Of a stretch of 64,000 nucleotides of DNA, positions 57,539-64,000 are shown in pieces (positions within the stretch are counted from its first letter, which is position 1; every line of letters starts with the position of its first letter). The DNA comes from Acidobacteriota bacterium (lineage in GTDB: Bacteria; Acidobacteriota; UBA6911; RPQK01; JADFOI01), in NCBI GenBank assembly GCA_963663035.1, contig OY760074.1, positions 800,001-864,000 of the forward strand, in the 5' to 3' direction. Both the position numbers and the translations under genes were made by a program. Under the pieces are notes generated by a model. The model had not been told where the DNA came from, did no database searches, and saw only the letters and a list, made by a program, of their open reading frames with translations.

Positions 57539-58667
57539 GCAGGCTTTGATCGAGAAAATCCAAGGCGAAACAGATCAGATCATCGAACTGCTGCGCAGCC
57601 TGGTCGAACGTGAAAGTCCCAGTCGCCGCAAGGACCTGGTAGATCAGGTGGGTGCTTGCATTGTAGAGCACGTGGTTGCCCAAGGTTTGACCCCTCAAGT
57701 TGTCCCCCGCAAGGAGGTCGGTGACCTCATCTGGGCGGAATGGGGAGAGGAAGAAGAGGGACGCATTCTTGTCCTCTCTCACATTGACACCGTTTGGGAG
57801 GCTGGCAGCCTGGCCCGAAATCCATTTCGCGTGGAAAACGGTCGCGTCTACGGACCTGGCATTTTTGATATGAAGGCCGGTGTTGCCGCCACGCTGAAGG
57901 TTCAGGAGTACCTCGCGCGAGGTTGGATCTCTCCGCGCAGGAAGGTGCGTTTTCTCTATACCACTGACGAAGAACTCACCAGCACCTACAGCCGGGACCT
58001 CATCGAGGAGTTTGCCCAGGAGAGTGACCTGGTGCTTGTCACTGAGCCGCCGCTTCCGGGGGGCGAATTAAAGACCTCTCGCAAGGGTGTCGGGACCTAC
58101 CTTGTCAAGATTCATGGAAAGTCGGCCCACTCCGGTCTGGAGCCCGAAAAGGGAATCAATGCGGTGGAGGAACTGGCCAGGCAGATCCTGGACATTCAGT
58201 CTCTGTCGGCGCTTGCTGAAGGGACAACCGTGACGGTCACCCAAGTCCAGGGAGGCCGTGCCCTGAATGTTATCGCCGACTACGCTGAGGCTACTGTGGA
58301 CACACGATTTAGAACCACTGAGGAAGCACAGCGTGTGGATGGGGGGATTCGCAATCTCCAACCGAATCTGCCCGGGATTCGCCTTGAAGTCGAAGGAGGC
58401 ATCGACCGATCTCCCATGGTCAAAACACCCCGCTCTGAAGAGATGTTCGAGTCGGCTCAGGGAGTTGCCACGGAACTGGGGTTCGATTTAGGTGAAGGGG
58501 AAAGTGGTGGCGGCAGTGACGGGAATATCACTGCCGCCCTCGGAGTTCCCACACTTGACGGTCTGGGAATTTCCGGGGATGGGGCCCATGCCTGGCACGA
58601 GCATATCGAAGTGAGTGCTCTGGCCCCACGCATTGCTTTGCTGGCCCGCCTCATTGAACGTCTATAG
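57531..58667 (+). CDS. M20 family metallopeptidase (glutamate carboxypeptidase-like)
   Basis: HIDTV, GPGIFDMKAG, DEE, AHSG, GGSDGN, GAH. Confidence 0.9.
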   Translation: MSEQALIEKIQGETDQIIELLRSLVERESPSRRKDLVDQVGACIVEHVVAQGLTPQVVPRKEVGDLIWAEWGEEEEGRILVLSHIDTVWEAGSLARNPFRVENGRVYGPGIFDMKAGVAATLKVQEYLARGWISPRRKVRFLYTTDEELTSTYSRDLIEEFAQESDLVLVTEPPLPGGELKTSRKGVGTYLVKIHGKSAHSGLEPEKGINAVEELARQILDIQSLSALAEGTTVTVTQVQGGRALNVIADYAEATVDTRFRTTEEAQRVDGGIRNLQPNLPGIRLEVEGGIDRSPMVKTPRSEEMFESAQGVATELGFDLGEGESGGGSDGNITAALGVPTLDGLGISGDGAHAWHEHIEVSALAPRIALLARLIERL

Positions 58668-58712
58668 CCCCTGAATTGACTAATCTCCCCCTTCTGAGTA
58701 AGTTTGCTCCGC

Positions 58713-60909
<2,197 letters not shown>

Positions 60910-60918
60910 TGCCCTTCA

Positions 60919-61179
60919 TTACTCTGTCGGGTCGCTTGAAGCGTCGATCCTTGCCGTATACCCGTTGGTTCCGGAAAAACTGAATCCTTCCTTCTCGTTA
61001 TCGTGGATCAATGCAACCGTTTTGTATTGAGTATGGTTGAGGCAGGGGCACGCCAGGTCGCAGCTGCACGCATCTATGTCGTCGGCTTTCAGCTCCCACT
61101 TTGAAGTCGGAAGGGATGCTGCCAAGACTGGCGCTAATGCGATCCAAGTTTTGATCAATACAGCGGACCAGCCGATCAT
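60919..61179 (-). pseudogene. Internally deleted DUF1326-like protein
   Basis: Signal peptide then W.L....DACSCDLACPC, jumping almost directly to FSFSGTNG; only 86 aa. Confidence 0.5.
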
Positions 61180-61220
61180 GATTGCTCTTTTGTTGAGTCC
61201 ATTATTGGTGCTTCGCTAGC

Positions 61221-62465
61221 TCAGCCCTCTTCATCCCCAATGAAATCCTGGTAAGTCTCCCGCCGGCGGATGAGTTGGGTGCGGTCTTCCTCCACCAGGA
61301 TCTCTGGAGCTCTGGGGCGAGAGTTGTAATTGGAAGCGGACACGAATCCGTAAGCGCCGGCATTCATCAAAGCCAGATAGTCTCCCGATGCCATTTGGGG
61401 GAGTAAGCGGTCGTGAGCGAAAAAGTCCCCGGTTTCACAGACCGGGCCCACCACATCCACTTCGATAGGCGGCTCCTCCTTTTGCTCGAGAGGACGGACT
61501 TCATGATAGGCCTGATAGAGAGAAGGACGAATCAAGTCATTCATGGCACCATCCACGATCAGAAAGTGCTTTTCATAGTTCACCTTGTGATAGAGGACCT
61601 TGTTGACCAGCACACCTGTATTTCCCACAATAAACCGTCCTGGCTCGAAGAGAATTTGATAGTTGTCCTGATGTTCCCGGAGAAACTCGGCGTATGCGCT
61701 CAAATCTGCTTCCTTTTCCTCTTGGTAGGGAATGCCGACTCCTCCTCCCAGGTCGAGGTGGTCAACCTTCAAACCTTTCGTCTCCAACATGGCGGCCACT
61801 CCCTTTAGCTCAAGGAAAGCATCCAAAAAAGGCTGAATGTCAAGGATTTGTGAGCCGATATGGCAGCCCAGACCCACCAGCCGCACATGGGAGGATTGCT
61901 TCAACAGCCCAACGATCTCCTCCACCCGATTGATGTCAATGCCGAACTTGTGGTGGTGAAAGCCGGTGGCAACATAGGGGTGAGTGGGGGAGTCGACATT
62001 GGGATTGATTCTCAAGGAAATGTGCGAACGAACGTCTTTGCCCTCAGCCAGGCTGATCAGAATTTCCAGTTCCTCAATCGACTCAATATTGACGCTCAGA
62101 AGGGGCATCGCCAGTGCTGCTTCAAGCTCTTCGACAGTTTTTCCCACCCCGCTGAAAACGATTCGCTTGGGCTCTGCGCCAATCTTCTTGAGTGCGTAGA
62201 GTTCTCCTCCCGAGACCACATCAAAGCCGCTCCCTTCCTCTTGGAGTATTCGCAGAATCGACAGATTCGAGTTGGCCTTGACGGAGTAGCAGATGAGCGG
62301 GTTCACGGCCTTGAAGGCCCTCTGGAAGGAGCGGTAGTTCTGCCGGATAGCATTCTTGCTGTAGACGTAGCAGGGGGTGCCATACTCCTGGGCAATGCTC
62401 GCTAGAGACACCTCTTCGCAGTGGAGTTCTCCGTTGCGGTATTGAAAGGCCTGTGTGAGAAACAT
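61221..62465 (-). CDS. lysA: Diaminopimelate decarboxylase
   Basis: YGTPCYVY, YSVKANSN, HIGSQ, EPGR, GPVCETGD, SNYN; ATG 62465. Confidence 0.95.
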   Translation of the reverse strand: MFLTQAFQYRNGELHCEEVSLASIAQEYGTPCYVYSKNAIRQNYRSFQRAFKAVNPLICYSVKANSNLSILRILQEEGSGFDVVSGGELYALKKIGAEPKRIVFSGVGKTVEELEAALAMPLLSVNIESIEELEILISLAEGKDVRSHISLRINPNVDSPTHPYVATGFHHHKFGIDINRVEEIVGLLKQSSHVRLVGLGCHIGSQILDIQPFLDAFLELKGVAAMLETKGLKVDHLDLGGGVGIPYQEEKEADLSAYAEFLREHQDNYQILFEPGRFIVGNTGVLVNKVLYHKVNYEKHFLIVDGAMNDLIRPSLYQAYHEVRPLEQKEEPPIEVDVVGPVCETGDFFAHDRLLPQMASGDYLALMNAGAYGFVSASNYNSRPRAPEILVEEDRTQLIRRRETYQDFIGDEEG

Positions 62466-62558
62466 GAGCTGTGAAGGGCAGGATGTTAGCAGAGGGGATT
62501 CCGGGGTGTCTACTTTGCCGGTATCAGTTGGCAGTCCCCAGCGATAGAATGTCACATC

Positions 62559-63512
62559 GTGAGAAATGAGTTCGATGTGATTACCGGCGGAGCTGGCTTT
62601 ATCGGCTCCCATCTTTGCCGCGCTCTTTTGAAGCAGGGTCGAAGCCTTCGCATCGTGGACAACTTCTCTACCGGCAAGAGGGGAAACCTGGCACAGATGA
62701 TCCAGGAGCACCCGGGTCAATGTGAGATTCACGAGCAGGATATTCGTGACCTGGAGGAGCTGAAAAGACTCTTTCAGGGGGCCCAGACGATCTACCACCA
62801 GGCGGCACTCATGTCGGTCCAGCAGTCTATCGAAGATCCTCTGGAGTGCAACAGTGTTAATGTGGTAGGGACATTGAAGGTTTTGACGGCGGCCAGAGAT
62901 GCGGGGGTTCAAAAGGTGGTCTTTGCAAGCAGCACTTCTGTTTATGGGAACTCAGAAGACCTTCCCAAGCGGGAGGAGATGGAAGCAGATCCGATCTCTC
63001 CCTATGCGGTCACGAAATATGTGGGTGAGCTTTACTGCAAGATTTTTTCAGAAATGCACCACCTGCCGACCCTTGCACTGCGTTACTTCAACGTCTTCGG
63101 TCCCAACCAGGATCCGAAATCCGAGTATGCTGCGGTGGTCCCTCGTTTTATTAGCCGAGCCCTCAATGGGCAAAGCCCCATCATTTACGGCGACGGTGAA
63201 CAAAGTCGCGACTTTATCTTTGTTGAAGATATCGTTTCAGCCAATCTTTTGGCGGCTGAGTCCAAGACTCAGGGAAGGACTTTGAACATTGCCAGTGGCC
63301 AGAGCATCACGGTGAATGAACTGGCCAGCATGCTGAATGAAATTCTGGAGTTGAAGCTCGAACCAGCTTACCAGCCTGCTCGTCAGGGGGATGTCCGTGA
63401 CTCTCAAGCCGATGTAACCCGGGCCAGCCAGTTGATAGATTTCGATGCCAAGATCTCAGTCCGAGAAGGCTTGTGTCGGACGGTGGAATGGTTCCAGAAA
63501 AGACCTGAGTGA
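62559..63512 (+). CDS. NAD-dependent nucleotide-sugar epimerase (extended SDR)
   Basis: TGGAGFIG, YAVTK, RYFNVFGP, GDGEQSRDF. Confidence 0.92.
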   Translation: MRNEFDVITGGAGFIGSHLCRALLKQGRSLRIVDNFSTGKRGNLAQMIQEHPGQCEIHEQDIRDLEELKRLFQGAQTIYHQAALMSVQQSIEDPLECNSVNVVGTLKVLTAARDAGVQKVVFASSTSVYGNSEDLPKREEMEADPISPYAVTKYVGELYCKIFSEMHHLPTLALRYFNVFGPNQDPKSEYAAVVPRFISRALNGQSPIIYGDGEQSRDFIFVEDIVSANLLAAESKTQGRTLNIASGQSITVNELASMLNEILELKLEPAYQPARQGDVRDSQADVTRASQLIDFDAKISVREGLCRTVEWFQKRPE

Positions 63513-63535
63513 TCTAACCTGGGAGTGCCACGAAC

Positions 63536-64000
63536 ATGGAATTAAAGGAAAAAATACTGACCAAGCGGGCGAAGATCGGCGTGGTGGGAGTTGGCTATGC
63601 CGGGCTGCCACTGGCCATGGCCTTTGCCCGCAGTGGATTCATGGTGCACGGCATCGATGTGGATGATGAGATGGTCAAGAATCTTAACCAGGGGAAGTCT
63701 CATATTGAGGACGTCAAGGATGAAGTGGTCCAGTCCGTCATCCACTCCGGGTGCTTCAAGGCTCACTCTGACTACCAAATCGTGTCCCAGTTGGATTGTG
63801 TCATCCTGTGCGTTCCAACCCCCTTGCGACAAACCGGAGATCCCGACATTAGCTATATGGTTGACGCGGCCAAAAAGGTAAAGGAACACCTTCATAAGGA
63901 TATGCTGATCCTTTTGCAGAGCACCTCCTATCCGGGCACCACGGATGAACTCCTGAGGGTGGAGTTGGAAAGTGAGAACTTTCAGATCGGAAAAGATCTC
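63536..64000 (+). CDS. Nucleotide-sugar dehydrogenase (UDP-Glc/GlcNAc 6-DH family), 3'-truncated; absent from the ORF track
   Basis: MELKEKI...IGVVGVGYAGLPLA, CVPTP, STSYPGTT. Confidence 0.9.
   Translation, partial: MELKEKILTKRAKIGVVGVGYAGLPLAMAFARSGFMVHGIDVDDEMVKNLNQGKSHIEDVKDEVVQSVIHSGCFKAHSDYQIVSQLDCVILCVPTPLRQTGDPDISYMVDAAKKVKEHLHKDMLILLQSTSYPGTTDELLRVELESENFQIGKDL

Noticed and set aside
62466-62912. 149-aa N-terminal extension of LysA in the ORF track
   Set aside because: It is the antisense shadow of the epimerase gene; LysA homology begins at ATG 62465.

Overview
A 64-kb bacterial chromosomal window, probably from Acidobacteriota (inferred from the Acidobacteria-type VWA protein and the RpoD style). 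Most of it is housekeeping and envelope genes: hflKC, pepF, rimI, gltA, mobB-mobA, threonine ammonia-lyase, arfB, an rpoD-like sigma factor, msrAB, manC/PGI-PMI/PMM, ppsR, dapF, icd, mdh, lysA, nucleotide-sugar enzymes and tRNA-Val(TAC). Main highlights: (1) an intact IS110-family (IS1111-type) element at 42160-43690 whose 3' non-coding end folds into two internal loops matching its own insertion junctions, i.e. a readable bridge RNA with a CT core, handshake bases and a second empty target about 750 bp away; (2) three exported thiol-redox selenoproteins within 12 kb (TlpA-like UxxC fusion, DUF3179 UxxT, DsbA-like UxxC), which the ORF track splits at in-frame UGA codons and which surround an ECF sigma/anti-sigma/arsS/arsM operon; (3) a DapF with both catalytic Cys replaced by Ser; (4) an IS3 nested inside an IS481; (5) several families of structured intergenic repeats. 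A few single-base frameshifts in short homopolymer runs may be assembly errors. All calls come from reading the sequence by eye; no searches or folding programs were run.
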